The notes under the pieces: generated by a model
Database searches by the model: none
What the model saw: only the letters and a program-made list of their open reading frames with translations
What the model was told of the DNA's origin: nothing
Position numbers and translations under genes: made by a program
NCBI RefSeq assembly: GCF_009914755.1
Contig: NC_060938.1
DNA: 64,000 nt
Strand: one strand, 5' to 3'
Origin: the human T2T-CHM13v2.0 reference genome, Homo sapiens
Part shown: piece after piece, positions 50,576 to 64,000 of the stretch
How the letters are laid out: every line of letters begins with the position of its first letter
Numbering within the stretch: position 1 is the stretch's first letter

Positions 50576-51882
50576 CATATACTTTTCAGATGAGGTAGTC
50601 ACAATCCAAAATTAATGATAGAGTCTGACTCCTCCCTGCTCCAAGAAGTAAGAATCTGAGGCAATGAATCCAGGTTGGTTTAAGGTGCAGTAATTAAGGA
50701 GCTTGGGTAAAGGATGGGAGGTTGCACTGCATAGGAATAGGAAAAAAAGCCTTAGGGACCCGCCAAGTCCCCAGGTCATAAGTCAAGCAAACCACCAAAT
50801 AAGCATCCACCCAGAAAAGCCAGGTAAAGTAGAAGGATCTGGGTAGATGGCAGAGAACAGAAACCAAGGAAACCAGGCAAGTGAGCAAGTCTGAAGCAGA
50901 GTGAAGCAGAGCTTAGAAATATTCTCTAAGCAGAACAGGAAAATGCCTGCAGCCTTGGGTATGATAGGGAGGAAACTGTTAAAGTTACCAATTTAGCTCC
51001 AGTGGAATCCTGCAAAAAGGAATTCTCATTAACTGAGTATGAACTCATACATGTTGCCCAAAAGGACTTCTCACAAAAGAGGTAAAGGTGACACTGGAAT
51101 CTCTGGAGAGTTAAAGTCACAAAAGCTTATAACGGGAAAAACCCAAGACCCCTTATCAAAGACAACTGCATCTTTTATCTTCTCATCTGCCAGGCCTATA
51201 AATGATCTTTACTAACTTACTTCTTTTATTCTAAAAATATAAAGGCATCAAGCTACATCTGGTTGCTATGGACTCAATCACAGATGAAGCAAAAAGATTA
51301 AATGGTTGTGCGACTTTAATGAACGGCATTTGCTTTTTGAAAAGCTGATTTGGATGTAATTAATAGCAGGCTGCCTAAAAGGAGAACTGGATTTGTGTGG
51401 TGATGATAAGAGGCATTCCCGTAACACTGACCAGTGCGGCTTTCTCCAGCCCTTCAAATTGCTGAGCGTTCACCTTGGCAGTCAGCACTTTATGCTTGTC
51501 TGCTTCTGGAGAGAACTTGGTACTTTTTCTAATAGAAGAGCAATTTTCTTTGAAGGGAACAACAACCAAGAAAAATAGCATGAGAAAAATGTTGAAAACA
51601 GGAAGGAAAAAAACAAAGAATGTGAGTATAAGCAAGGGGCAAAACAAGAGCGAGACATATGACCTAGAAAGACAAGGGAGAGCCAAGGAAAATAATCTCT
51701 GTGAGTGACTGACATTGAGTGTGAAGTGAGAAAGTCACTCAAAAGCAACTTGAAAATGCTTTGCACCCATAATTAAACTCTTTATTTCATAAATGGGAAA
51801 ACGAACCTACTGAACTTCTGATCAAAATACATTAAGCCTCACTGATGAGAGAAACAAATTTAAGAAAAATGAAAGAAAAACT

Positions 51883-52188
<306 letters not shown>

Positions 52189-53574
52189 TCAAAGAAAAAC
52201 TGTGCCACAGAATATAGATGATTCACTGCTGCAAGATATACTTATTTCTGAAGTATAAAAAATGTCATAATCATAGATTCTCAATTGCACATTATTTTCA
52301 AAGATACTGTCTTCCTGTCTGTGTCAGCAGTCAGTTTTATGCATGATAGTTTCAGCACCAAAAGTAACATGTATTTTAGGTTACAAAGTAAAAACAAAGA
52401 ATTACAGCCAGAAGAATGAAATGTTTTGAACCTGAACAGCCCATGTAATTTCTCTGGGGTGATTCAATCAACCTTTGATTAAGCTTCTGCAAACTTGCTG
52501 AAGGATGGATGCAGAGATGATTATGACCCAGGTCCTGCCTTCAAGGAGCTTAAAGTCCAACAGGGAAGCCCTCATGAGAATTAATATAAGACAAGTGGTT
52601 AAGTGCCCATGATGACAGAGGTGGCTGTCACAAAAAAAAATAAAATAAAATAAAATAAACAAAGGCATTAATTAGGGAGAACTTTTACTGCTACTGAAAC
52701 TCAGGGAGAGAACTCACTTCACTCCCTGGACTGTTAAAATGAATGACTTGGAGGCATGATGGTGTGACACAGTAAGCTCATCCTTCTCACAACCCGGGCA
52801 CCTCCACTACTGCTCAGAAAAAGAACAACACTTCTTTTTTGTGTGTCTGAACTATTGAATCCTAAATCCCAGTTTATTCCCTTTATGATTCAATGTTCCT
52901 TTGGCTTACAGTGTGAATGGACAGAAGCATTTTTGGTCAAGATTTTTTTCTCCATCTAGGTGCTCACATAGAGAATTGAAAGAACTGAATCAAACCTGGA
53001 TTTCTCAGTAATTTGTCTATGGTGCACATCTGAGGTCCCATGGCATGACATTCACCTTCTAACTGCTGGCTTCAAGTGAAGCATTTTCCCAATGGCTTTT
53101 ACCTCTGTGCGTTGCTCTTTCAACTGGGAAAGCAAATGCTGTTAGGGCAACCCACCCTCTAGCCCTGCAGGTGCAGTGCTGTGGAAGGGGGCAGGGACAA
53201 AGAGACCCTCCTGATAGGTCCTTAAACGCTGGAGTAGAACTTCTGGCTGCTTTCCTCGCAGTTCAGGCCACACCAGCCTAAGGAGGACCACAGTCCTCAA
53301 AGCCCTATCCTTACACTACTCAAATTCATGCCTTCCTCTCTCTCTACCCATTCGACCTGGTGATAGTCAGTGGCAAACCAATCACCCATGTGAGTGACTA
53401 CATTCTCCTATAGGAGGAATTGATCAAGGGGGAACACAAGGAAACAAAGCACAGACATGAAGATCTGTGACAGTTCCCAGAGCAATAGGCCTGAAGGTAA
53501 GGAAGAGCTGAGCTGTTGACTCAGTCTTGCCTTATGTTGAGGTTTGCCTCTTTTTTTCTGTTTTATTGCTCTTG

Positions 53575-53805
53575 GTTTTTTTTTTTAATTGTGGTTTAAA
53601 AAACACATAACATTTATGTAAAATTTACCATCTTCACCATTCTTTAGTGTGCAGGTCAACAATGTTAAGTATATGCATTGTTGTGCAGCAACAAATAGCC
53701 AGAACTTTTTCATGTTACAAAACTGAAACGCTATATCCATTAAACAACAGCTCTGCAATTTTCCCTCCCCTCGACTCCTGGCAACCACCTGTTCTTGTTT
53801 GCCAG
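53575..53805 (-). mobile_element. L1MB 3' end fragment
   Basis: T-run, then aattgtggt, aaaatttaccatctt, aaactgaaac, cctggcaaccacc. Confidence 0.8.
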
Positions 53806-55439
53806 ATAGAGTGTCTGGCATTAAACTCTTCCACATCTTAATGGTATCAACAGTATGTGACATTATGTCACAAATAGAAATAAAATCGGATGAAAGACAT
53901 TATTTAAGGAAAATTCTACAATTAAAGGAAAGATTCCCTATTTATTATTCTTTCTACACTGTAATGTCAGGTGATAACTTTTTTGGGGAATGCAACTATG
54001 GTTGATCAGGCACCCATACGAGATTCAAGGATCTATTTGGGGGAGGGGGTTAACAAATCTACTATTTGTTCTTATGTTCTTGCCAATGATCATCAACGAT
54101 ACAAAATCTGTGGCAACTTAGCAGGTAAAAATGGTTTGAAGAGCAGCACAGAGGATAACAATGAAATTAACCACATCAATTTCTAGGGCCAGCTGATGAC
54201 TTCAGAAAATACCACATCAGCCAAGCTGCCCCTCCAGAGTAAATAGATTCATCTTTTCTCAGCAGCTTCAGGCTCCTAAGAATGGGGAGGCTAGAAAATC
54301 TAACAGATGACACAAACCTCTGAGGTAAGACCCACACTCACTCATTCTAATGTGCACACTTCATGGCACACCACTGGTCTAGGCCAGGACTACTGAATGT
54401 TCAACTGATGGAACTGTCAGCCCAGCCAAAATTACAAAAGGAATAGTTCCACCAAAGAAAATAAGTACTTGCACTTGAATAACCAATACATTCATTCAGA
54501 GAACCTTTACAGGGTAGAGACAACTCTTTGCCTCTCTCTCCTTAACTTTTAATAAAATAAGTCATTATCTGTTACACCAAACCATCCTTGTCCTTTTCAT
54601 TCCAGGGCATCGTCTAGACTGAAGTCATTTTTTATTTAATTTCTATTTCTTCAAATTGAACGGTCTTATATGAACTCTCTCCTTGACTTCTGGAGGTCCC
54701 TCCAGGCTCCAAGCTTAGTGTCCAGTCTTCACTTTGCATCAGGAAGAACAAGGTGACAGTGGCATGCTGCTTCCCCAACTGAGTTTCATAGAGCACTCTT
54801 TAAAAGACAGCTAGGCCTGATTATCTAGTTAACAACTCAAATATACAGAAAGAAAGAGAAAACCCTATTCTAAGCTTGAATGCTAAAAACAACTTTCAAC
54901 CTCTCGATTCTGTTCCAGACCACTTCCAAAGTCCTGATAAATTACCCAAAGGGTCTCTGCCTTCCCCTCCCTGCCCTGCCCTTACTCTAGGCCCTGGTCA
55001 TCTCCCAACCAGATTAGGCCCAGAATTTGCAACCCCTGCTGGCCCAGCATCCAAGGTCCCTCCTTCGGATTCACTTAAACTTTTTCATCTTCCCAGCTAC
55101 AAACGCTGAGCTCCAGTGAGACCAGGGACTGTGTCCTGCGCACCCCCATGCCCCTGTTCCTCTTATTCTCATTTCCTCCACCACACCTGTGCTCATTATT
55201 ATACCAGCTACCATTTGCTGGACCCCAGTAGCTGGGTGCCAGCTCTGTGCCAAGTATCTTACACACATCTCACACAGTTCTCAAAAGAACTCTGCTGCTA
55301 TCCCATTTTACAATGGAGGAAGCTAAGGAAGAGCGGGTTTCATGGGAACATTCTAAAAATACTAGATTCGAACTGCCTCCTGACTTCAGAGCTTTTTATT
55401 TTCCGAGCTGTCCGTTTGTGTTGGTTTGCCTCTGGGTGC

Positions 55440-56680
55440 ATTCCCTCAGTCGACCACTCCCTCTATATTGAAACAGTCCTTTCCATTGGCTTCTGTGACA
55501 CCACGTTTCCCCTCACCTCTCTGGCTGCTCCTTCTCAGCTTCTTTGGAGGGTCTGACTTACTCTACTTCACCTGTGAATTATAGTAGTTCCTCAGGGTCC
55601 AGTTCCAAGCCATTATCCTTGTCCCTCTGACCTCGCACCCTAGACATCATCACCGACTCCCATGGCATCGTTACCATCCAATGCTGGCTGCAAAGCTCAC
55701 AGTTCCAGCTCTGCCTCTCCTTTGAGCTCCAGACATTTCTCTCCTTCAGTGTCTCATGTACCTCAAACTCAACATAACCAAAACTGAACTCGTGATTGCT
55801 CCCTCTCCCCACCCCTACTCTTCCCCTAACTCAGGTTCTGCCCTGCTCTCTCTCATCTCAGGGAGAACACCCCTACCTGCACACCTGCATCATCCAGAAA
55901 CTAGGAGTCCCCTTTAACACTACCCTTCCCTCGCTCTCAAGATCCAGTTGGCCACCAAGATCTTTTGATCCTACCTCCTAAATTACTCTTGAATCCATCC
56001 ACTCTTCTTCCTGTCCCAGTAAAAGCCATCTTTCCTGTTGCCCAGTCTATTGTGACAAGCTCCTCACTGGCTTCCTCACATCTATTCTTGTTACTTCTTC
56101 ACTCCACTTCCACTCTTTATATAGCAGTCCTTACAAGACATCCTGTAGCCGGAGTGATGCCTTTAAAATTCAAGGAGAACATTAGCATATGTGCTATTCT
56201 ATCCTATTTTATGTGCCATTCCATGGCACCCATGTGCTATTCCACGGCACCCCATTGCTCACAGCATAAAATCCCAAACCCTCACCCTGCACAGCAGGGT
56301 CTTGCAGGGTTTGGTCCCTGTTGGTTCACCAGCCCCCAGTGCACTTCCTGCTGGCTCCAGGCACAGTGGCCTTCTCTGAAGTCTTCAAAAACTTCTTCCT
56401 GCCCCCACCCTTCATAGATCAATTCCCTTCCTCAGCCCCTGCTTCCCTTCTCTATATATCTCGGTTCATAAACACATTCCCAGGGAAGCCTTCTCTGACC
56501 CCCATCAGGCCAAGGCCCCTGGTAGAAGATCTCTAGCCACCTAATATCCTTTATAGAACTTGTCATAACTTAAAGACTGGGGATTACTTGATGAATGTCT
56601 GTCCCTTCCCCACCCCAACTAAGATGCAGTTACCACGAGGGCAGTCCCTGTGTCTGGGAGCACACTGTCTTCTCTGGCAT
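55440..56680 (+). mobile_element. L2 degenerate fragment
   Basis: gaccactccctc, ggcttctgtgacacc, cctcaaactcaacat, gggaagccttctctgacccc. Confidence 0.7.
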
Positions 56681-57543
56681 TGCATGATCCTCACCTAAGG
56701 ATCCTCGCCTCGCCTCCATAACTTTTGTTAGTGGAGAATGTTCACATGTGCTACAGGTCACGTCAGTCACAACCCCATTCCGTAGTGACAACCACACATG
56801 GGTCTTTACGTCATGTTTTTCACTTTTCTATACCATACAGTGCTTATAAATATTCTATCACATGCTGGATTTTAAGCTCTAGAGAGACAAAAAGATTTAG
56901 CTTCTCTGAGTTGGGATGTTAAGAAAATAATATTTAGATTTAGCGCCCTTGGTACGTCTCAAAGACTCTGTGAAAAGTATTTAATCTACTATCCCCATTT
57001 TACACATGAGAAAACTAACACAGAGAAAAGCAAAATAACTTACACAAGTGGTGGGGCCAAAAATCAAACCCTGATCTGTTGGGCCCAGAGCTCAGGGTCA
57101 AGTAGAGCACATGAGTGATGGCAAGGACAGTCTGTGACTCTGCCTGTGAAGTGGGGAATGGAGCTAAGCAGGTTTTGTGTGAATGATCACATAAACCTCC
57201 CACTTCTCTATGGAGACTGGTAACACACAGATTCTTTGGCATTACCACGGCCACTTTCCACTCCTTTCAGTTTCTATGTTGGCCAGCTGAGTGATGGGAA
57301 AGGCTTTGAAGTCATACTGAATAGGCAGTGAAGATTTAGCTGCCTGCAAGATTATATCTATACGGTTTCTTAACTACATAATATCCAAGGACATCGTTTC
57401 TTCTTCCAAAAGCAATTATGTGGTAATGTCACTTGCCAGTGAAACCACCAAGGCCTGCAGTAGTACATACAATTTGTATGTGATGGTTTATGCACAAAGT
57501 GCTACGTTGCATTGAAAATTTGGATATAAAATATAATGTTCCA

Positions 57544-57833
57544 GGCCAGGCACAGTGGCTCATGACTGTAATCCCAACACTTTGGCAGGCTGAGGCAGGC
57601 AGATTACCTGAAGTCAGGAGTTCGAGACCAGCCTGGCCAACATGGTGAAACCCTATCTCTACTAAACATACAAAAAATAGCTGGGCTTGATGGCAGGCAC
57701 CTGTAATGCCAGAAGAATCACTTGAACCTGGGAGGCAGAGATTGCAGTGAGCCAAGATCGTGCCACTCCAGTGTGTGCAAGAGAAGGACTCTGTCTCAAA
57801 AAAAAAAAAAAAATAATAATAATAATAATAATA
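57544..57833 (+). mobile_element. AluS with right-arm deletions and an A/(TAA)n tail
   Basis: TSD ataatgttcca at 57533-57543 and 57834-57844. Confidence 0.92.
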
Positions 57834-58517
57834 ATAATGTTCCATACCTCACCATTTAATTTCATTTGGGTCTGGTTCAGGGCAACCAAATATGCTCATG
57901 ATTTCCCACCTGTCCTGGTTCAGACCATGGAGTCACCCTCTCCCTTACACCTGGATTTCAAGAAAGGCACACACTACGCTGCCACTGCTAAATAAAGAAA
58001 GCCATGTAAACTTTCATAACTTCACTCTAATAGCTGCAGTGACTGCCCCAAGCCCTGAGGACTATTCAAGCCATTTGCTAATGTGTATGTCAATAGTCTC
58101 TATTATAGACAGGAAAATAAAGCGCTAAGAAAAAGTATTTCCAATTTGATTCTCTATGGGGCCACATTTCCTCTCATAGATTAATTCTGAGACAGAAAGC
58201 AACAAATATGTCCCAGGACAGATAGCTGTATATAACCTCTACTCACCACGTGGAATGAAACAGCATTCAGTTAGACTTTTCTACCATTTAACAATTAGTT
58301 TCAAAGGCTTATGGAGTACACGAAAGTGTGCTAAATTTATAGGAGAAGATGAGGTAGAATAAATAGGGCTCTTTCCTGGGTGTCAGGATCTTACAGTCTT
58401 AAAAAGATAACAGATACAAATCACTGTAATATGAGGCAACATAATTACCCTATATTTAATCAGCTAGTAGCAGAACATCTTTAAGTGTCATGTAAATGGG
58501 AAATATTCCTTACATCC

Positions 58518-58685
58518 TTGCTCAAAGCTCAGTCCACAGACCAGCAGCATCAGGGAATCATCTGGGAGCTTGTTAAAATGCAGAATCTCAGTCACCCCCC
58601 ACCCTACACCTCCTGAATCAGAATCTGCACTTTAATCAGATGCCCAGATGACTCAAATGCTCAACAGAATTTGGAGAAGCACTGC
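58518..58685. mobile_element. MER5A-like
   Basis: gaccagcagcatcag, tgggagcttgttaaaatgcagaatctca, ctgaatcagaatctgca, gagaagcactg. Confidence 0.8.
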
Positions 58686-59679
58686 TGTACTTATTTGGTA
58701 CTTAGTCACTCCTACCAGGAACAAACTTGATGGAGGCTGACTTCAAAACAGGGACTTGGATTTTTATAGAATAAATGCTTAATACACTGTTTTAAAGTGA
58801 ATCTCTAAGGGATTTGTTTTAGGATTTAAATGTACAAAATATGATTCAAAAGCTCAGCAAACTACATGGTCCTGCATTTTAATATCCTGTAAGTACTCAG
58901 ACCCTTGCCTGAAAGGCTAAAGGATTTAAAAATAAAGCTCTATTCGTAGAGGTGAGAATATTTCCTTTTAATGTGTATTAAATTGACCTTGCAGAAGCCA
59001 CTGGAGGAGACGGAAACTTTTATCCAGAAGTTCAACTTGGTGATAATTTTTTAGAGGGAGTGCCACCATAGGAAACCAAGATGGGATTTCTCCCAACTTA
59101 AGAAGAGCTGCTGAATCATAGAATCATAAAATTTGAGCACAGAACAGATCTTAGAGGTTATTCTCTCAGCTCTGCTTCATTCCCAAAGAAAATCATTCTG
59201 CAGTACTTCATATCTATAGTATCTTTATCAAATGAGTTCCAAATTATTCATATTCACCAACCAACCAATCAACCAACTTACATATACTGTTTGATCTTCT
59301 TCTGATACCTTCAAAATGCTATGATATACTTGTTCCTTTACAAAGCCCATAGTTTAATGAAAGGAAATAAAAGCTCTTAGCAAATAAAGTTGTATTAGTT
59401 ATGTCCCATGAGATGCACAGTGAAGAGATGCTTTAGGAGGAGAAAGGGAACCATTGAGACAAGGTGATCAGTGAGGGCTTCATACAGCTAGAAGAAATCT
59501 TGGAGATGAGCAGTCCCAGGTCTTCCTTCATACTAAGGAAACTGAGGTGCAAGGGGTTAGGCATGTGGCCAAGGTCATAATGCAAGCCTCGGGCTGAAGT
59601 AGAGTCAGAAACCAGGTCCTGACTAATTCCTTCTACCATGCCACACAACCCCTCATCAGTGTTGGCTCTCTAAGGCAAA

Positions 59680-60075
59680 GCTTGCTAGTTGTCCATTGAA
59701 ACCCATTCTCCCCTTTTTCTGTAACAACAAAACCCTAATCTGGTCATGGGTTGCCTACCTGCCCTAGTTTTCTAGTCTTTTGCAGTTAGATATGGCCCTG
59801 TGACTATGTTTTTGCCAATGAAATGTTAGTGGAAGTGATGTGCAACTCAGGGCCCACACCTGAAGAGAGTAAGTTTGCCTCCTTCACACTCTCCTTCCTT
59901 CCCACCAACCATACCCCAGACATCAACAATGCCCTACTAGGTGGCAGAGCACAACTTCAGAAGGACCCTGGATCCCTGAATGATTTGTGGAGCAGAGCAC
60001 CTACCAATTTGGAATGCTTACCTCACACTTTTATCTGAGAAAAAAAATAAACTTCTCTCTTCTTTAAGGATCTCA
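59680..60075 (+). mobile_element. Old MLT1 LTR remnant
   Basis: ttgcagttagatatggccctgtgact, ggatccctgaatga, aaataaacttct. Confidence 0.55.
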
Positions 60076-60249
60076 AACCAATATAGTATATAACCTATGT
60101 AATATAACTAGAGCGATGTTAAGCGAAATTGTCTAAGAAATACAATAAGAAGTATGATGCTTTCCTATTTAAATAAGAAGTACCTGTTTGCATTGACTCT
60201 TTGACCTGGCTCAGTGCCTTGCACATATGAGTAGAGAGAGAGATTTTAC

Positions 60250-60470
60250 AGGACACTTAGGTACTACGCAATTTGTTAAGCAGTTTACATATGCATTAAA
60301 TTATTTAATCCTTACAACAACTTTATGAACTATTGTCTTCAATTTACAGATGAGGAAAATATACAGCTTAGAAGGATGAATTAATTAAGTCATATAACTA
60401 GTTAGTGTTGAGTAGAATTCAAACCTAGGTGTTACTAGCTCAAAAGGTGGTACTCTTGTCTAAAATGCTA
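60250..60470 (-). mobile_element. MIR
   Basis: atttaatccttacaacaac, tttacagatgaggaaa, attcaaacctagg. Confidence 0.7.
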
Positions 60471-60481
60471 TCTTCCAAAGG

Positions 60482-60517
60482 GTGTGTGTGTGTGTGTCTG
60501 TGTGTGTGTGTGTGTGT
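60482..60517. repeat. (TG)n microsatellite
   Basis: About 18 units with one interruption. Confidence 0.95.
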
Positions 60518-61261
60518 ATTTTGATGGACAGAGATCAAGTGAATGAAATTAGCGTGGCAGGTAGATGTAGTGACCAAAATGCTGGACTGAGAGACAAAAG
60601 ACCAGGGATTCTCACAGGTTATAACTCTGGGAAAACTATTTAGCTGCTCAGGAGCTAAGTGTCCTCTAGAGTAAAAGTGTTACCTGAACCATATGATCTT
60701 TAAAGACAAGCTCTAATGGTCTGCAGCAAATGTGCAAAGACCCAGCTGTCCCTTATTCACTACCACCTATGCAACCACTCTACTTTCAAATCAACAAGAG
60801 AGAGGACCTTGCTAGAGAGATAGGTTAGTAAACCTATTTGAGTACGGCAACACAGGAACAGTACAGTATGAGAGTTCAAACAAGCAGTATAAAACAACCA
60901 CAGTACACACAGAAACTCAAATGCATGGAGCTTCAGCATGTCATAGGTTGTTTACTCTTTTTCCTGTTCAAATCTAGTTTTCACTTTTTCTTCAGCAAAG
61001 GAAGATAGTATAGTCATCCCCAGTATCACGGGAAATTGGTTCCAGGACAACCCTTGGATACCAACATCTGAGGATGTTCAAGGTAATGATATAAAATGGT
61101 GTAGTATTTGCATGTAACTATGCACATCTTCCCATATATTTTAAATCAACTCTAGATTATTTATAATACCTAACGTAACATAAATGCCATGTAAATAGTT
61201 GTTATATTATTTAGGGAATAGCAACAAGGGGAAAAGTCTGTACATATTCAGTAGAGATACC

Positions 61262-61691
61262 TTTTTTTTTAAGTGAAAGCAAGTTTATTAAGAAAGTAAA
61301 GGAATAAAAGAATGGCAACTCCATAGGCAGAGCAGGCCCAAGGGTTGCTGCTTGGCTATTTTTATGTTTATTTCTTGATTATGTGCTAAACTCATGAATA
61401 ATAAGGGGTAGATTATTCATGAGTTTTCCAGGAAAGGGGTGAGCAATTCCAGGAACTGAGGGTTCCTCTCCTTTTTAGAGCATACGGGGTAACTTCCTGA
61501 TGTTGCCATGGCATTTGCAAACTGTCACGGCACTGGTGGGAGTGTCTTTTAGCATGCTAATGCATTATAATTACAGTATAATGAGCAATGAGGACAATCA
61601 GAGGTCACGTTCGTGGCCATCTTGGTTTTGGTGGGATTTGGCTGGCTTCTTTACCACATGCTGTTTTATCAGCAAGGTCTCTGTGACCTGT
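61262..61691 (-). mobile_element. MER41B (ERV1 LTR) fragment, 5'-truncated and polyadenylated
   Basis: MER41 motifs (gaaagcaagtttattaagaaagtaaaggaataaaagaatggc, gccatcttggttttggtggg) plus the MER41B-type segment with tandem TTCCAGGAA. Confidence 0.85.
61426..61455. promoter_or_regulatory. Tandem GAS (STAT) motifs TTCCAGGAA x2, 21 bp apart
   Basis: Exact TTCNNNGAA matches at 61426-61434 and 61447-61455. Binding is not demonstrated. Confidence 0.6.
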
Positions 61692-64000
61692 ACAGATATT
61701 AATGCAATTTTTAAAGAATATTTTGGATCTTCAGTTGATTGAATTCACAGACACAGAACCCACGGATACAGACGGCCCACTGGACTAATAATTGCCCCAG
61801 AATGAAAAGGTAGGGAAGTCAGCATTTTTCCACCATTGTTTTTCATTGCAGACTTGCTCATAAAGCAGTACAACTAAAGAAGTAAGCACTGGAATGTTCT
61901 ATCATAGTCCACAGAATAGAAAGAGAGATGTTGGGAAGAGTCTTAGGGACAGTCCTTAAGGATTCATGAAGGAGGTGGCTGAATCTTATGATAAGAATCT
62001 TTAAATGCTGAACCATGCGGTAGACAGAGGTAGAAAGAGCAGACAGTTTAAGGTTGAACAAGTAATCTATCCAAAAGATGCAAAGAGAAGGTCCTGTGGG
62101 GTTTAAGTGATCATCAGCAGAGAGCTGCATTAGCACAGGTCAGGCTGGGCATCTTCAGAAACAGGAGAAGCCTGCATAACACATTTAAATGGCCCTTCGG
62201 GTGTTGTATGTTTCCCAGGGTCTGTATAGATCTGGGAAGGCATGCTCCCAGGGGACCTGAGGAATGCCAGATTCAAGGCCACTCTGCCAAACACTCTGTG
62301 CAACCCCAGACAGTGATATCACTGTAGAAAGCGGGGCAAGATTTCAGAAGAGCCCGGCAAGGATGCTAAATTTCATCAGAGTGAGCTCTAATTAAAGTCA
62401 ACATTTTTGACCAGTATGCCTTCCCAAGATCTAGAGAATATAGATTCAAAATGTCCCTTCAGCTGCTGCCTGTGGATAGGGTTTCAAATGGACTATTGGA
62501 AATGGTTCAACTAATACTTAACACTAATTATCTCAAAAGTACCTTGTAAATACCAGTTTATACCACATCATTCACCAAAAATGTGCCACTGAAAACCCTC
62601 TGAAGCAGTAATTCTCTCTTTGTATGGCATTTATGGAGAATTAATGACCAGCTAAGTCTGTGGACTTTGATCAGAGCCAGTAGTTATTAATGCATAGGAA
62701 AAATTTTACACTCTTGTTCATTTTTCCAAAGGTATCATCCTTCGATGTGTGCAGCATACAAAGCCCTAGACACTGCGTTATATGTGAGCTCCCTGTTTTT
62801 TTTGAGCAGACCGATAGACTCTCTTGTGACTACAGCTCCAGATTTCAAGCAACTGAAAAGCTAAGTAACAGGATCTGTCAGGAGGATGTTTACAGGTTTA
62901 AGCCATGTTGTCAATACGTAGAAAATAAAGTGAGATTCAGACAAACTAAAACACAAAACCACCCTAGAACCTGCAAAAAGGAGAAATGCTTTCATGTCTT
63001 CATATTAAGTCCATTGTATTATAGTCCGTTTTAATCAATATTGGATTCATTTTGGATCTTATTAATATGATCACAATTGTCTTTACTTCTACTTTTCCTG
63101 AGCTCCACTTTATTCACTCTTTCATTTGTCTACCTACACTGAAAAGACTGAGTAATTAATTCATCTCTAGACTCTCCTAAACAAGGCAGCATTAATGAGT
63201 CAGCTTTGCTGTTATTTCCTCATAACTCTTTGCCACAAAGAAGGGAATCCCATGTCCTTGGCTTCGTACTCCCCTACACTAATTTCCCTCTTTATTCTAA
63301 CTCGTGGAAGGCAATTTGGTCCTAATTCTAACAGATAAATTGACTGCCATAACCAAAGACTGGTTAAGATCTGGTAGGGATATAAAGACTTTGAAAATAA
63401 CTTTACATTTTATTAACTGATGGTACTCTGAAACTGTGGTTTGATCACTAAACACTGTGGCATTTGTAAGTCTTAGACCCAGATACTGCCAACCAAGAAA
63501 AACTAAGCATCTGTGACATTGACTTTGTAGATTATCCTCCCCAAACTGTGCCCATCGAATCTGTATTAAAAGTTGTAAAAATAAGACAACCAGATGGAGC
63601 ATTTCTAAGCATATGATTTACAAAATACCTCTCTGTCTGAAAAAGGTCACTACTCTTCAGAAGCAATGAAAACCAGGGAGAAAAGGTATCTCCGGGGTGT
63701 TTGGGCTGGCACAGGGCTTTTCACGGTGTATGTACAGCAAATGCACAAAGGGAAGAAGTTTTTAGAGTTCCCAGATTCCCAAACTGCCTCTGCAATCACA
63801 AGCAATAATGCTTGCGGTGGTCACAACAATAATGCTTTATTCTCCTTATCTCTCACCCCTCCAGGTCCTCTCAGCTGGAACCACTGATGCAGCCTTGGCC
63901 TACCTCAGTTCCCAAGTTAAGGGTGACAGAAGCAGCCTGCATCAATAGCCCTGCTTGAGCCCCTCAGACCAATTTGGTGAGCCTTAGAATAACATCACAT

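Larger units (their letters stand above)
61011..61782 (-). mobile_element. MER2 (Tigger-family MITE) split by the MER41B insert
   Basis: attggttccaggac, ataaaatggtgtagtatttgca, ctctagatta, and right end gaacccacggatacagacggcccactg. Confidence 0.8.

Noticed and set aside
55116-56417. 146-aa and 150-aa ORFs
   Set aside because: They lie in MIR/L2-derived sequence with no homology I can recognise.

Overview
Human-type (primate) genomic DNA, about half interspersed repeats. The only host gene I can support is ARMH4 (C14orf37/UT2), recognised from its C-terminal peptide. It lies on the minus strand with three final coding exons (15046-15077, 7975-8109, 7663-7731) and a 3' UTR. These encode the juxtamembrane segment, the single TM helix and a basic/acidic cytoplasmic tail. 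Everything from 15078 to 64000 appears to be one large intron. It holds a young full-length L1 (ACG/A type, ORF1 intact, ORF2 frameshifted), an internally deleted L1PA5-like element, a near full-length Tigger1, Alus, MaLR/ERVL LTRs, MER DNA transposons and a MER41B fragment. Main hypotheses: (1) L1 antisense ORF0 splice donor 1 is in phase with the 32-nt ARMH4 exon, predicting a 113-aa ORF0-ARMH4 TM/tail fusion; (2) skipping that exon predicts a TM-less ARMH4 whose stop lies 49 nt from the last junction; (3) a polyadenylated, 5'-truncated MER41B copy carries two intact GAS sites inside a gene reported to dampen STAT3 signalling; (4) an old L1 3' transduction. Repeat subfamily names come from recalled consensus features, not an alignment, and old-repeat boundaries are approximate.
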